DNA from: Macrostomum lignano
Lineage: Eukaryota
Direction of reading: 5' to 3'
Assembly (NCBI GenBank): GCA_002269645.1
Contig: NIVC01000137.1
Location: 627,688-691,687 of the forward strand
Length of the DNA stretch: 64,000 bases
Below, piece after piece: positions 41,079 to 54,415 of the stretch. Every line of letters begins with the position of its first letter. Position 1 is the stretch's first letter. The notes under the pieces are model-generated. The model worked only from the letters and a program-made list of their open reading frames with translations. It had not been told where the DNA came from and made no database searches. The translations under genes and the position numbers were made by a program.

Positions 41079-44000
41079 CTATTTGAGCTTTTTGAAACGC
41101 TACATTTTTTATCGCAAAGTGATTTGCGAAAATATCTATTTAGCGTCCTAGTTATGCCCTCTAAAAGCCAGTCATTTTTCTTGATGGTCGTTATAGGCGT
41201 CTCTTTAATTGACATATGGGCGCAGAGCTGTAATCTTACTAATTTCTATCTTAAATGAAATTTATTATACAATTATTGACTTTTCTGTATTCCGTTATAT
41301 ACCAAAATGTTTATTCTAAACTATTTATTGAGGCTAGCTCTGTCTGCGAATGTAGGAATTTCCTTATTAAGTCTTAGCTGTCTTTTCTAATAGATATTCA
41401 CTTCCAATAGTGCTTGACGTTATTGTGGCGCCTGACGATTTTTTTCAAAGTCAGTAATTTCCCATGGCTACCTATTTTATAGTTAAAAAGTTGATCTTGA
41501 AGAGACAGGAAAATCATCTGTGGAAGCTATGACCTTCACATTCTCACCTGTTGCCAGTTTTTAATTCAAATAAATTCAAAAGGGACATACAGTAACTGTT
41601 GAAATCTAATCAAGCATTACTGATACATGTAAATTTGTATTCTGTTTCCATACACTTCAATAACGTGAAATGAAATCGATTTTCCACAGAAACTTTTAGC
41701 AAAGGAAAGAAGTTCACAATTACAACCTGCTCGATCGGATAACAGTACATTTTTAATTTTCTACTGCTCAATCTTCTGCTTTTCGCTTTACGCCCAAGCA
41801 CTCAACTGAAAAAAACAGAACGACAGCAGCTTTCGAAAAGCTTTTTTTACCTTTTACTGGCTATTGACACACTCTTTGGGTTTAGTTCTTGCTAAATTTA
41901 AACCACATACAACGCACGCATCCATTAAAGCAACTGTCACTAAAGAAACATAACTCTCGCTTTGGAGGTTTTTTAAGTTTTAGGCCTGTCTTGTAGGCAA
42001 CACGGTTGGAGTAGAAACGAAAACTATTGTTAGAGCTGTGGTTTCAAACAAAAGCTCACTCTCGCTCTGATATTTAAACAACGGTTTGGCTTTCATGCAG
42101 CTGAGGAAAAATCCTAACAAACTTTCTGTTGATCTGTCAATCATCAGCTACGCTCTCTGGCTCTCGTACTCGACAAGCGGTGGTTGGGTGGTTGTCAATT
42201 TCTTCTTTTTTGAGAAAGCTTCCGTGAATAAAAGGTGAATTTTCCACCAAAGTGTCTTGCAAACACTTTTTCGGTAGCAGAGATATTCACCAGAGTAATC
42301 TATTGATGAGTTTCGGCCTTTTCGGCCCCTTTCGGAAAGCCTTCGGGCCTGAGGTCTCAGAAATAAATTAATTAGAGACCTGGCCCCCCACTCCTGTCAG
42401 ATGGTCAGCCCCATGGTAGCTTGATCGTGTGGCGAGCAGTCTAGGTCCTATAGCTAAGAGAGGGACAGCGAGAGACAAGCAGGGAGAATTTTGAAGGTAG
42501 AGATCAGCTAATCCGCAGATTAACTAACCCGCTGCCACCAGCCCGTGTGTCCTGGCTCACCACACCGGGACTCTCGAAATCGGGCTTCCAACTAGAAGGG
42601 GCTTTGCACTTACCTGCCAACGGCAACTAGTGTCTTTTGCTGTCAATCTCGAAGTCATAGCCGATGTTAAGGGACACTGCTGGGACTTGATCGCATTGGC
42701 CATGCAGGTACAGAGGGGACTTGTGCAGGGGATTCTTGCGGTGGCGAGACTATGGGGTAGCTACATGTACTATTACATTGCTAAATACGAAGAATTGTAC
42801 TTTTGGCCTTCAACGCGCCAACTAGCCTCTCATAGCGCTGATGATAGACTAACTCGAACTTCAGAGACCGCATGATTCATTACCCGAGCCGCTTGGCTAA
42901 CCTAGAGTGCACAGAGTACATCTCTGGCGCCGATTTTGCACTATTGGCAATTTTGCTCACTGATTTGATAGATTGGTCGACTGAGAACCGCCTTGCCATT
43001 GGTCCACTGTAACCGGCGCCTACTAGCTTAGCTACTCATCTGAGCCATCGGCGAACAAAGAAATAAAACCGATAAAAATAACTGTTAGATTTAACCTTCT
43101 CCTCAGATCACTTCACACTTCAGATTGAATTGGAGTCTTAGACTACTAACAGTATTATTGAATGACTTCTGCCTCAATAACAGCACTATTGAACAAAATG
43201 AGCAAAAGTGTGCGCCTAATCCAGCTACCGAAATAGGGGACAGGTAAGGAATCACCCAATCAAGCAAGTCTAGGTAGCCTCTCACCCAACCAATCAGAAA
43301 CTCAACAGCCGGAGACCAGGTAATCCACAGTGACCGAATCGGCTTAGTGCTTTCTCAGCTGTAGGCCTGGGATGATGCTGATGTCACAATCTTTGCAGAT
43401 AGCTAGCAGGTGATGTTCTTAATCTTGATGTTCGCTGCTGACGACCGGGGGGATTCGTCCGTGATGATGATGGGGGAGTCGCGATCCGGGGATCAAGAGA
43501 CGACGGTCGAGCTCCGGGAGGTCTAAGTTAGGCCAAAGTCCCAGGAGGCGGAGCAGGAGGTTGAGTCCAAGCGGGCCAAAAACACCTGTTTAAATAGCCG
43601 CCAACTGGACCGCAATTTGTTATAATGGAACACCTTGACGCTGATTGGCTGAGCCGATTTGTTATAACGCACGTCAAATTTTCTAATTGGCTGAGCTTCT
43701 TGTCACCCAAACTCACGTGACCAGAAGATCCTATCAGTTCCCTCGGGGCCATAAAAATACGACAGGTGCGGTCATAAATCACTCAAAATCGCTACATAAT
43801 GATTTATAACCTTTCGCGTAGGAATGACAAAAATTAATGAAAAAATATACATTAGAAAGCTCTTATTAGGCAGAAAGTGAAGATAATGAAGAGAAATCGC
43901 TAATCGCTAATCCCAGCGTACTTTTAAGGGTAAAACGCATAGCTGTCAAAGCTGTCACACGCTTGAGTAAACACGAACAATAGGCTCTGACCTCATAAAT

Positions 44001-44397
44001 CTTGATGGCCTGTCAAAATGATGAGAAAAAAGCTACCGCCCGCATCCTCTCAGACCATCTGGCGCCAGTCTCAGCATTGAGTGAGGCGCAGGTGGCTGTC
44101 AGACCAGCTCGAAAGCAATGATTTTTGACCCAAAAGCAGCACCTACTGTATGTTATGATAACTACAAGTCATCTAGGGCAAAATCTAGGCAATCCCGCTT
44201 TAATCTTACAACTTAAAATCTTAAGAATCTTACATAATCTAGGCAAAATCATATAACTAGTATGAATTCTAGGAAAATTACATAAAGGGAAGAAAAAATG
44301 CCCATAGCCTGTTGTTAGTAGGCTAGTAAGTTTGGAGCCCATGTGCATGAGCGTGAAGTTTGGAAAAAAGTGCGTCCTCATCATTCACAGACAAGCA

Positions 44398-44722
44398 ATA
44401 GATTCACCAGACAATCACAGACTTGCCTTAGATTCACCAGACAATCACAGACTAGCCTTAGATTCACCAGCCAATCAAAGACTCGCCTTAGATTCACCAG
44501 CCAATCACAGACTCGCCTTAGATTCACCAGCCAATCACAGACTCGCCTTAGATTCACCAGCCAATCACAGACTAGCCTTAGATTCACCATCCAATCACAG
44601 ACTAGCCTTAGATTCACCAGACAATCACAGTCTAGCCCTAGATTCACCAGACAATCACAGACTAGCCTTAGATTCACCAGACAATCACAGACTTGCCCAA
44701 ATAGATTCACCAGCCAATCACA
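44398..44722. repeat. 30-bp minisatellite (gattcaccagccaatcacagactcgcctta), about 11 units
   Basis: Visible directly; abuts the 3' end of the LINE fragment. Confidence 0.95.
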
Positions 44723-44729
44723 CAATATA

Positions 44730-45255
44730 TACGCTCGTTTTAGAACGCAGAGAGCCGGAGACCCCTGCATGCGTGCACGTGCTTGCAGAACAGGTGGGGG
44801 GGACAGACAGCAGCAACCTGAGGGGTTAGTGCAAGCGCCTGAAAGTCAGCGATGAGGCAGTCAGTCAGAGAGTTGCAGTGCGGGCTTGCGGTGGCGCAAT
44901 CGCTCGGTTGGCCGGTGCAGCAGGGCCAGGGCCAGTGGGACGGGCGCACCACGGCCCAGGGTCCCTGGACAGTGGCGGCCAGCAGCACCTGACGGCGCCG
45001 GCGCAGGGTAGCACTCAGAGGCGGAGCTCTAGCGCGGGCCATTGAGCGTTGCTCGGCAGGTGCACCGGGGTGGTGCATACGGCCATTAGCGCAGCAGCGA
45101 TCGCGGCTTATAGAGCGCGTGTAGGGCCTCACTCTCGCGACTCGGTCAGCGGCACAGCCTCCAATCCGTACATGAGAATCGGGTCTACGGCCGCGCGAAA
45201 CAGGCGCACCTTCAGGTTTTCTCTGGCAACTGAATTGAAGATGTTAGGAGTTTTT
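44730..45255 (-). mobile_element. 5'-truncated, degenerate non-LTR retrotransposon (RTE-like RT C-terminus)
   Basis: The minus frame gives KVRLFRAAVDPILMYGLEAVPLT, then after a stop and frameshifts RARAPPLSATLRRRR. This matches the K.RL...V...LLYG.E.W and PLS..IR.RR motifs downstream of the RT domain. The clade is inferred. Confidence 0.7.
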
Positions 45256-46998
45256 AAATACGTAATTCTTACTATTGTTTTGTTATTTAAAAAATCCCTC
45301 AATTGCAAAATCCGCATTGTCTTTCGTACTGCTAAAGCAGGAAACATTGTTGGTTGTTTAAAGTCAAGTTGGTTGGTTGGTTGTCGCTGTGTTTTACGTG
45401 CTGGTGTCATTTACCAATTCAACTGCTCAAATGATCAGAGCATCCATCCTACATGTGGTGAAAGGCACCCTGCACACTATCTAGAACCAGAAAGCACAGG
45501 CTCAAATGGTTAGCAATCCAAACCACCTCTTATAGAATGCAATAATTGCTTCTAATTGTAAACATGGAGAACACTTCAAAAGTCATTGACCATTGCTCAT
45601 TTTGACTCGATCTAAACCTTAGATTCTATAGATCGAAGCGCTGACATTAAATCTGTCCCGGCCAGCCTTAACATTTAACTTCAACAGTGGCGCTGATCAC
45701 GTTCTCCGTGTGTTCTAAGAGGGGGCACAGGCTGCAAATTCTGTGCAGTTGGCTGCAACCCCAACCGCTCGTCCCTGGACGACCTGCCTATCGGTTACGC
45801 GGACTATAAATTTATGTACATTGTAATTACAATATTATTGCATGATTCAATTTTACACTAATATCATTATTTATTCATTCGCAACCTATTCAGTTGTTCA
45901 AATAAACCTAAAGATGCACATTTTTTTGTGAAAAATGCGTCCTTCCATTCAACCTATGTTGATTTCGGTTTCCTTTTAAATATTTATATGGACAGTCAAC
46001 GGTCCGGACTCTCCGCATTGTAAAAGAAAAATTTAAATTAATTGCGAAATACTTTAGTATAAAAAACATTTGCAGCGTTTTGCTTACTGCGTATACGTAG
46101 CAAACAAAATAAAAGACAAAGCTGAGCAGTAAAGAATAGAAAATTAGATAGTTAGTTAGAAAAGTTTTTCTAATATTTGTGTACAATAAAATAATTTAAA
46201 ATCATTCCAAATCTGAAATATGATTCATGTCCTGTTACCTGTATTTAGTGTATTACCTGTATTGCACTGTACTGTACGGCTCTACTGGGGTCACTGTTAC
46301 AAAATTATAGCTGAATTTTATCCTCTGTGTAGCTTCACTTGCATTCTTGTACTTATTTTTAAAACATCATTATGTTTACTGCACCATAAAAGCAGAAACA
46401 TATAGGCATAGCCTAGCTGCGGGCTGCCTAGGTGATATTTTTAGTCTTGATCTGCGATGCTATAATATAACACTAGGCCTAACTAAAAATAAAATGAGCT
46501 GAAATTTTAAAGGAAGTGTAGTGCTTATTCCAAATATTTGGTAAGAAAGCAACTTCACGGTACACAATTTTAAGTGCACTATATTTTTATGTAGCAGTTT
46601 GTCTGTTACACTCATTTATACATTTATAAAATTATAGGCAACTTCGCATTAGGCCCTACTAAAGGCCTACTATTTTACAGTAGGCTAGAATTAAGACACA
46701 AAAGCTTATGAACAGTCATTTATCTATACATTTTGCATTTAAAAAGCAAAGTAGACATAATATAGTATGCAATGCCCAATGCAATAGGCAATACTCTAAA
46801 ATTAAAAAAGCATTAAAAATAATAAATATGATAATTTTAATCATAACCAACCAAACAAATTGTAAAAAAAACAAGCAATAAAAACAAAATAGCAAAAAAC
46901 AAGTAAAAACAAACAGTTTTGAAATATGCCATAAAGTTTTGATAATAATATATTTATAAACCTAGTTAATGTAAAAGCTAAAAAGTATATATAAATTA

Positions 46999-47601
46999 GG
47001 TGTAAGACCAAGATGGCCACACACCAAGATGGCCATAGCCACAACATTAAATCTCTATTATATCTGCTTTCTCTCTAACAATAATTAGCAACTTAATAGC
47101 TATTGTTTTATTATCATAGTTTGATAGTCATGCAATATTTTGTTTTAATCAATCATATTTATAAATATTGATACAATAAATAGATTTGAAACCAATTAAT
47201 CATAATATAAAAATATGAATCTTTTTAGTTTCTGTGCCAATTTATTCCCATAAGGCCATATATATTAAATATATTATTAGTTTATTAAGAAACCATTGCT
47301 AATAATAATGCTATGCAAAAATGAGATAAAAATGCAACTAGGTATTTATTTTATGCTTGGCTACTTGCTTTATTTAGTAAATAAACATATATAGGTCAAG
47401 CCAAAATAAAAGCTAGGCCTAAAAACAAAGGGAATGATTATAATGTAATATAATTCTATTTTAGCATCTATCTTTCTAATTATTACCAATAGGAAAATGG
47501 AAATGAATGAAATATATAGACCTATACTTATTATTATTTTATTTAATTTAGATATTTAGATCTGTGGCCATCTTGGTGTATGGCTATCTTGGTCATGTGC
47601 C
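46999..47601. mobile_element. MITE (603 bp), GG...CC ends, 8-bp TSD ataaatta
   Basis: TIR gg.....gaccaagatggccacacaccaagatggcca matches the reverse complement at 47562-47601. TSD ataaatta at 46991-46998 and 47602-47609. Merlin- or MULE-like is an inference. Confidence 0.8.
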
Positions 47602-49081
47602 ATAAATTATGCTTTTGCATTTGCATTGCAAATGCTTTTGCATTATGCAAGTCACTATTGGATGGAATAGTAGTCATGTGACTACTCTCAGCCAATAGCA
47701 ACTTACATGTGTGTGTTGCCAATAGAAGTGGCCAAGTGATTCCCAAGGTTGTGCATGTATGATTGAAATAATTTTTTTAAATGCATAGATGCTCATTAAG
47801 GGTCTAGCAAAAATTACCAAGGGGTCACCCTCCAAGGTACAGGTCCAAGATATACCTGCTATAATATTAAATGCCATTTTATTATATACCTTTTAACAAT
47901 TTATTGCTTCTCTATAAAACAATTCTTGTGCTTTTGAACAGTGTATATTTGATTTTTGTGTTTTTAGGTAGACAAGCAAAAAGCAATATTTGTTTCTATC
48001 TATTTTTTAGTTTTTTTAAATTGATTTAATAGATACCTTAACAATGCCCTGTGCATTTGGTTTCTAGAGTAGGATATAATTTTTGTATAAAATCCTAGAT
48101 ATATTATATGTATGCTTACAAATACTTGATGTGCACTTAATGTGTGCATTTCTAGTAAAAATTTAAATGTATAGAATCAGTGACCATAACATAAGACAAA
48201 TTTGTGTCAAATATAAAAATGATACATTAAGGCAAAATTTTTAAACCTAATACAAAATGAATTTCAAGACTCCAAAAATGCAAAAACAAGCAAACCATTG
48301 ATTCTTTGAATTCAACTATATTGTTTTGCTTGCAGCATTTTTGCATTTGTTGCTCATGATAAAAGCAGACATTGCTTAATAAAACATTTTTACATGCCCA
48401 AATCTCACTCAATCAGATATAATGTGACAGTTTGTGAGGATTTTAAAGTCCAACTAACATGTATTGTAAATGAAAATTAGACAAGTAAGTAGAAAAGAAG
48501 TGGCCAGTTATAAGTAGACTATGAGTGAACAAAAGTGTATAACATTCTGCCACTAGTAGATACTTTTTTGGCCATTTACCTGTCCACTTACAACCAGCCA
48601 TTTTTGTCTACAGTGGTACAGACCAGACAATTTTCTTTTGCAATGCAATGCCATGGTCATTGACTCATTGTATGTAATGTGTATGCAGGATTTTTGTGCT
48701 ATTTAAACTTGTGCACATAATTTCTAGTACCAAGTATTCAAATATTTTCTGAAAGTTTAATGCTTATAAGTACATTGCACCAGAATGCACAGATTCCTTT
48801 GCCTCTAAAAACTGTATCTAGTAAGTAAATCTATGTGTATCTCATTTAGCATGTTAGTTTGGTATGTCAATTTGACTTAATATCTTTTTTGTTACAGTAG
48901 CCATTAATTAATTTGCTATCCGGAAAATTTGGGCCTATAATGTTTTTTAGGCAATGCAAAACTTAACTAATAATATTTATATTTTCATTTCAGACTCTTG
49001 AAGAGAATCAACAAAACAATACAAATTTCTTAAATCCATATACTTACTGATCTAAATTAGAAGAATCTTCATAAGAAAACA

Positions 49082-52000
49082 ATGGGCTGCTGCATCAGTG
49101 CCATTGCTTGCTGCTTCTGCAGTTCAGCTGCTTCTCTTTGCTGCACTTGTTTGCCTTCGTGCAAAAGCAGCACCTCAAGTAGAATTATGTACTCCTTGAT
49201 TTTTCTATTAGGAGCCGCTCTGTGCTGCATCATGCTTATTCCTGACCTAGACAAAACGCTGCAAAAAATACCAGCTTTATGCGACAACTACAAAATTGAC
49301 ACTCAGATTGGGCAGATTGACACCAAAATCTATTCGGGATTCAAATGCTACCTGGTCATTGGCTATGGAGCCGTGTACAGGGTGGCCTTTGGCATGACCT
49401 GCTTCTTTGTGCTCTTTGCACTCCTGATGATAAAGGTCAGTTGTTGAATTTTGCATCTTTTTATAGTTTACTATTTTAGTTTTAACTTAAGCTTCCTTTG
49501 CCTTAAAGCTGAAGAAATTCCTGTGGGATTTCCCTTTCCTGCGGGATTTTCCTTTCCTGTGAGATTTCCCTTTCCTGCGTGATTTCCCTTTCCTGCGTGA
49601 TTTCCCTTTCCTGTGAGATTTCCCTTTCCTGTGGGATTTCCCTTTTTGTAGGATTCCCCTTTCCTGTGGGATTTCCCTTGTAGGATTTCCCTTTCCTGTG
49701 AGATTTACCTTTCTTGTGGGATTTCCCTTTCCTGTGGGATTTCTCTTATCTCTGGAATTTCCTTTACCTGTGGGATTTACCTTTCCTGTGGGATTTCCCT
49801 TACGTTTGGGATTTCCCTTTCCTGCGGGATTTATTTTTATTATCGTATTTCCTTATCCTACATGGGATTTTTCTTATGGGATTTCCTTTATGGTATTTCT
49901 CTTTCCTGTGGAATTTTTCATTTTATTGATTAACCTGTTGTGGTGGGATTTACCTTTTTTAGGATTACTTTTGGGATATCCTTTAAATATGATTTTCTTA
50001 CTTGTTGTAACATATCATGCTACCTTTTAGGTGGAAAGCTCGAAAGATCCTCGATCTAAAATTCAAAACGGCTTCTGGTTTTTTAAGCTTCTAATTCTAA
50101 TTGGCCTGTGGGTTGGGGCGTTTTTTATCCCAGCGGAATCGGCTTTCATCAGCGTCTGGATGGTGATCGGCATGATTGGCGGCTTTCTGTTCATCCTGAT
50201 CCAGCTAGTGCTGCTTATTGATTTCGCGCACTGCTGGAACGAGGCCTGGACCAAGTCGTACGAGGAGAGCGAGAATCGTTGCTACTATATTGGCTTGCTG
50301 ATCTTCAGCATTCTGTTCTTTGTGCTGGCTCTGGCTCTCACCATTCTGCTGTACGTGTTTTATGCTAGCGATGCCAGCTGCCACATGAGCAAAGCGTTCG
50401 TGTCTGTTAATTTGATTTTGTGCATCTTGGTTACCGGCCTGTCTGTGCTGCCTAAAGTTCAGGTAAGAGTTTTATTATTGTTCATTTTTTAACTCAAAGG
50501 ACTCATAGCAACCGTGATGTACTTCTAGGACTCCTATAGCAACCGTGATGTACTTCTAGGACTCCTATAGCAACCGTGATGTGCTTCTAGGACTACTATA
50601 GCAACCGTAATATACTTCTAGGACTCCCATAGCAACCGTGATGTACGTCTATAACTCCCATAGCAACAGTCATATACCTCTAGGATTTCCATAGCAACAG
50701 TCATGTACTCTAGGACTCCCATAGCAACCGTGATGTACCTCTAGGATTTCCATAGCAACAGTCATGTACCCCTAGGATTTCCATAGCAACAGTCATGTAC
50801 CTCTAGGATTTCCATGGCAACAGTCCCCTATTGGAATAAGTTTTCAGACACTGTGGACAGTGCATCTAGTGCGCCATGGCAATCATAAAGTGGCCTGGAC
50901 GGTGCGTCATGACAATCTTCAAATCCTAAGGTGGTATGGACGCCATAGTCAGGAAGGTGGCAGAGTGTGCGCCGGAACAAATTTTGGCCTCTCCCAAAAT
51001 TGTGCGCCGTGCGCCGACACAAAAACCCTCGTGTGCGCCGTTGTGCGCCTGCCACTACCTGCCTTGCGACAATAAAAGACCTTTTTTTACAACATAGCAA
51101 CAATTTTTGTGCGCCAATATACGGGACGGTTACGGGCTATCTATATTATATTATGAGAAATTGAGATCGTTAAACCGAAAATAGAAATTTAAAAAATTTT
51201 TAATTAAATTTCTTATTTTTAAAACAAAACAAACATAAAAAGTAAGCAAATGGCAAAAACAAAGGTAAAAAGGAAAAGGAAAATATTTTATTTTATTTTT
51301 TATTTTTTGGTAGAATGCAGTGTTACATTAGATAGAACAGTGAATAGTGTACTGTAACAAGTAATGACTTACATCGTTACATGGGATCGCCACAAGGGTA
51401 ACGCTGCATGTGGCGCGGCGCCCGCCGCGCCGCGCCGCCATGCGCCGGTGTCCTCTGGTATGCGCCGTTGTGCGCCACTGTGCGCCAGTGCGCGTTTACA
51501 AGTTTACAAGTTTTACTTACAGTTTGCTGAATTTCCACCGTGCTGCTGACTTTCTCCTGTGCATGCTTCTCATCCTTGTTCAGCAGCGCTGTATGTAGCG
51601 CGTGATGTCCTCCTTGCATCTTACCTGTGAGCTGCTGTGCGTCATGGCGCATGGCGCGCGTAGCGCGCCATGCGCCATGACTATGAGGAAAAAGAAAAAG
51701 TGCGCCGGACGCTGTCCGCGAAAATACCACTTATTCCAATAGGGCAACAGTCATGTACCTCTAGGATTTCCATAGCAACAATCATGTACCTCTAGGATTT
51801 CCATAGCAACAGTCATGTACCTCTAGGATTTCCATAGCAACAATCATGTACATGTACCTCTAGGATTTACATAGCAACAGTCATGTACCTCTAGGATTTC
51901 CTTAGCAACAATCATGTACCTCTAGGGTTTCCATAGCAACAGTCATGTACCTCTAGGATTTCCTTAGCAACAATCATGTACCTCTAGGGTTTCCATAGCA

Positions 52001-53828
52001 ACAGTTATGTACCTCTAGGATTTACATAGCAACCCTCATGATTATATAAAAATAATTTTAAGAAGCTTAACTACAATTTAGCTTTTCTTTCATTGACGTC
52101 ACCGTCCGCAGGACCACCAGCGATCGGGCATCCTGCAGAGCGGCCTAATCAGCCTGTACGTGATGTACCTGACCTGGTCCGCCGTCACCTCTGTGCCTGA
52201 GAAAGCCTGCAATCCCACTCTGGAGATGGTTAACTACACGATGGTTCCTCCAACCTCGTCTAGTGGTTCAACAACTACGGCCGCTCCGCCCGTTACCGGG
52301 GACTCTGTGGTTGCCCAATTTAACTGGGAGACAGGTGTCAGTCTGGCAATCTTCCTTATCTTGGTGATCTATTCTTCGATCCGGACTGCTGCCCATAGCA
52401 ATGTTGGCAAACTCGGTCTCCAGGTGAGTGTTGGTGTCTTTGTGACATGTTTTTCTGTTTTATGATCTAACCATTGATGTTATTTTAAAAATACGCTATT
52501 ATGATCCAGTGTCATATAATAGGCGAAGTGCCATTTTGGTAGTTAAAAGCCATTTGGATAGTCAAAGTGCCGTTTTGAAAGTCAAAGTGCCATTTTGATA
52601 GTCAGAGCGGCATTTTGATAGTCAAAGTGCCATTTTGATAGTCAAAGTGCCATTTTGATTGTCAAAGCGCCATTTTTATCGTTAAAGCGCCATTTTGATA
52701 GTCAAAGTGCCATTTTGATAGTCAGAGCGCCATTTTAATAGTCAGAGCGCCATTTTGATAGTCAAAGTGCCATTTTGATAGTCAAAGCGCCATTTTGATA
52801 GTCAGAGCGCCATTTTGATAGTCAAAGCGCCATTTTGATAGTCAAAGTGCCGTTTTGATAGTCAAAGTGCCCCTTTGAATGTCAAAGTGCCATTTTGATA
52901 GTCAAAGTACCATTTTAATAGTGAAAATGCCATTTTGATAGTCAAAGTGCCATTTTAATGGTGAAACTGCCATTTTGATAGTCAGAGCGCCATTTTGATA
53001 GTCAAAGTGCCATTTTGATAGTAAAAGTGCCATTTTGATAGTCAGAGCGCCATTTTGATAGTCAGAGCGCCATTTTGATAGTCAAAGTTCCATTTTGATA
53101 GTCAAAGTTCCATTTTGATAGTCAAAGTGCCATTTTGATAGTCAAAGCGCCATTTTGATAGTCAGAGCGCCATTTTGATAGTCAAAGCGCCATTTTGATA
53201 GTCAAAGTGCCGTTTTGATAGTCAAAGTGCCCCTTTGAATGTCAAAGTTCCATTTTGATAGTCCGAGCGCCATTTTGATAGTCAAAGTGCCATTTTATTA
53301 GTGAAAATGCCATTTTGATAGTCAAAGTGCCATTTTGATAGTCAAAGTTCCATTTTAATAGTGAAAATGCCATTTTGATAGTCAGAGCGCCATTTTGATA
53401 GTCAGAGCGCCATTTTGATAGTCAAAGTGCCATTTTGACAGTCAAAGCGCCATTTTGATAGTCCAAGTGCCGTTTTGAATGTCAAAGTGCCATTTTGATA
53501 GTCAAAGTGCCATTTTGATAGTCAAAGTGCCATTTTGATAGTCAGCGCCATTTTGATAGTCAAAGTGCCATTTTGATAGTAAAAGTGCCATTTTGATAGT
53601 CAGAGCGCCATTTTGATAGTCAAAGTGCCATTTTAATAGTGAAAATGCCATTTTGATAGGCAAAGTGCCATTTAATTGGTAGAGTTATGTTGGTTTAACA
53701 TTACTTTTAACCTCCATTACCATTATAATTAGAAGAGCCATTTTAGTCAACAGTATCATATTTAATTTAAGAAACGCCATTCCATAACGTATTTAATTAC
53801 TTTTGCCTTGCAGACAAGAAGTGAACAG
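49082..53828 (+). CDS. SERINC: Serine incorporator (SERINC/TMS1 family), 5' exons only; the gene continues beyond the window
   Basis: Exons 49082-49435, 50031-50462 and 52112-52423 (all phase 0, GT-AG), plus a probable microexon 53814-53828. Motifs MGCC..C.CC..S..SSTSSRIMY, GYGAVYRVAFG, VESSKDPRSKIQNGFWFFK, LIQLVLLIDFAH.WNE.W, PKVQ.HQRSGILQS..YVMYLTWSA. The C-terminal YSYSFFH...WVK segment was not found in the window. An upstream acceptor ends at 48993. Confidence 0.93.
49515..49930. repeat. Degenerate ~20-21-bp minisatellite (gggatttccctttcctgt) in SERINC intron 1
   Basis: Visible directly. Confidence 0.9.
50500..52035. repeat. ~27-31-bp minisatellite (ctctaggatttccatagcaacagtcatgtac) in SERINC intron 2, split by a MITE
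   Basis: Arrays at 50500-50825 and 51745-52035. Confidence 0.92.
50826..51744. mobile_element. Non-autonomous DNA transposon (919 bp), TIR ccctattggaataag, 8-bp (or 9-bp) TSD
   Basis: Perfect 15-bp TIR; caacagtc duplicated at 50818-50825 and 51745-51752; internal tgcgcc/ggcgca subterminal repeats. Confidence 0.88.
52520..53672. repeat. 20-bp minisatellite (cattttgatagtcaaagtgc), about 57 units, in SERINC intron 3
   Basis: Visible directly. Confidence 0.97.
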
Positions 53829-54415
53829 GTAAACTTAGCGTCGAAGGATGTTTTTCAAAAAATCAAATTTTGCTTCTTCTGTACTTGCACCTGTCACATT
53901 TCAAAAGCTGCAGCATTTCTATGCCTTTGATATGCTGTTTTCTCTCTGTCACTTAATGAATTTTCTGTCTGAGTAAATTAAATTTTTTAAAAATTATTCT
54001 TCCGTATAACAAACAGAGCACATCGATAATAAAAAATGAAATAATACTTAGAGAAAGTAGTGCTTCGTTTTAATAACAATGTAGAATTAAAAAAATGTTA
54101 ACAAATTTTAACGGAAAACTTTATGAAACTGTGTAAAATAAGTGTTAATGTATGATCTAATTTGTACTGGTAGGAGTATTTTTAACTGTCGCCTTTAAAA
54201 AAACTTTAGAAGATTTCTAAATGCACATTTTATAACCAGTAGAACAAGCTAACAGAGTCTTGAGTGTGTAAAATAAAGTTTCAAGCATTTTTCGATAGAA
54301 GCATAGTGTTTAAAAAGAAAAGCAACCCTAAATGTATTAGGAGTAGTACTTTTTAATAACCTAATAACCAGTGGTAAAAAATCACTGGTAGCCTATCAGT
54401 TACCAGTGCTGATAA

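Noticed and set aside
42123-42147. Hammerhead ribozyme core on the minus strand (ctgatga ttgacagatcaa cagaaa); also ctgatga at about 42838
   Set aside because: GAAA does not directly follow stem II, and I found no stems I/III or NUH cleavage site.
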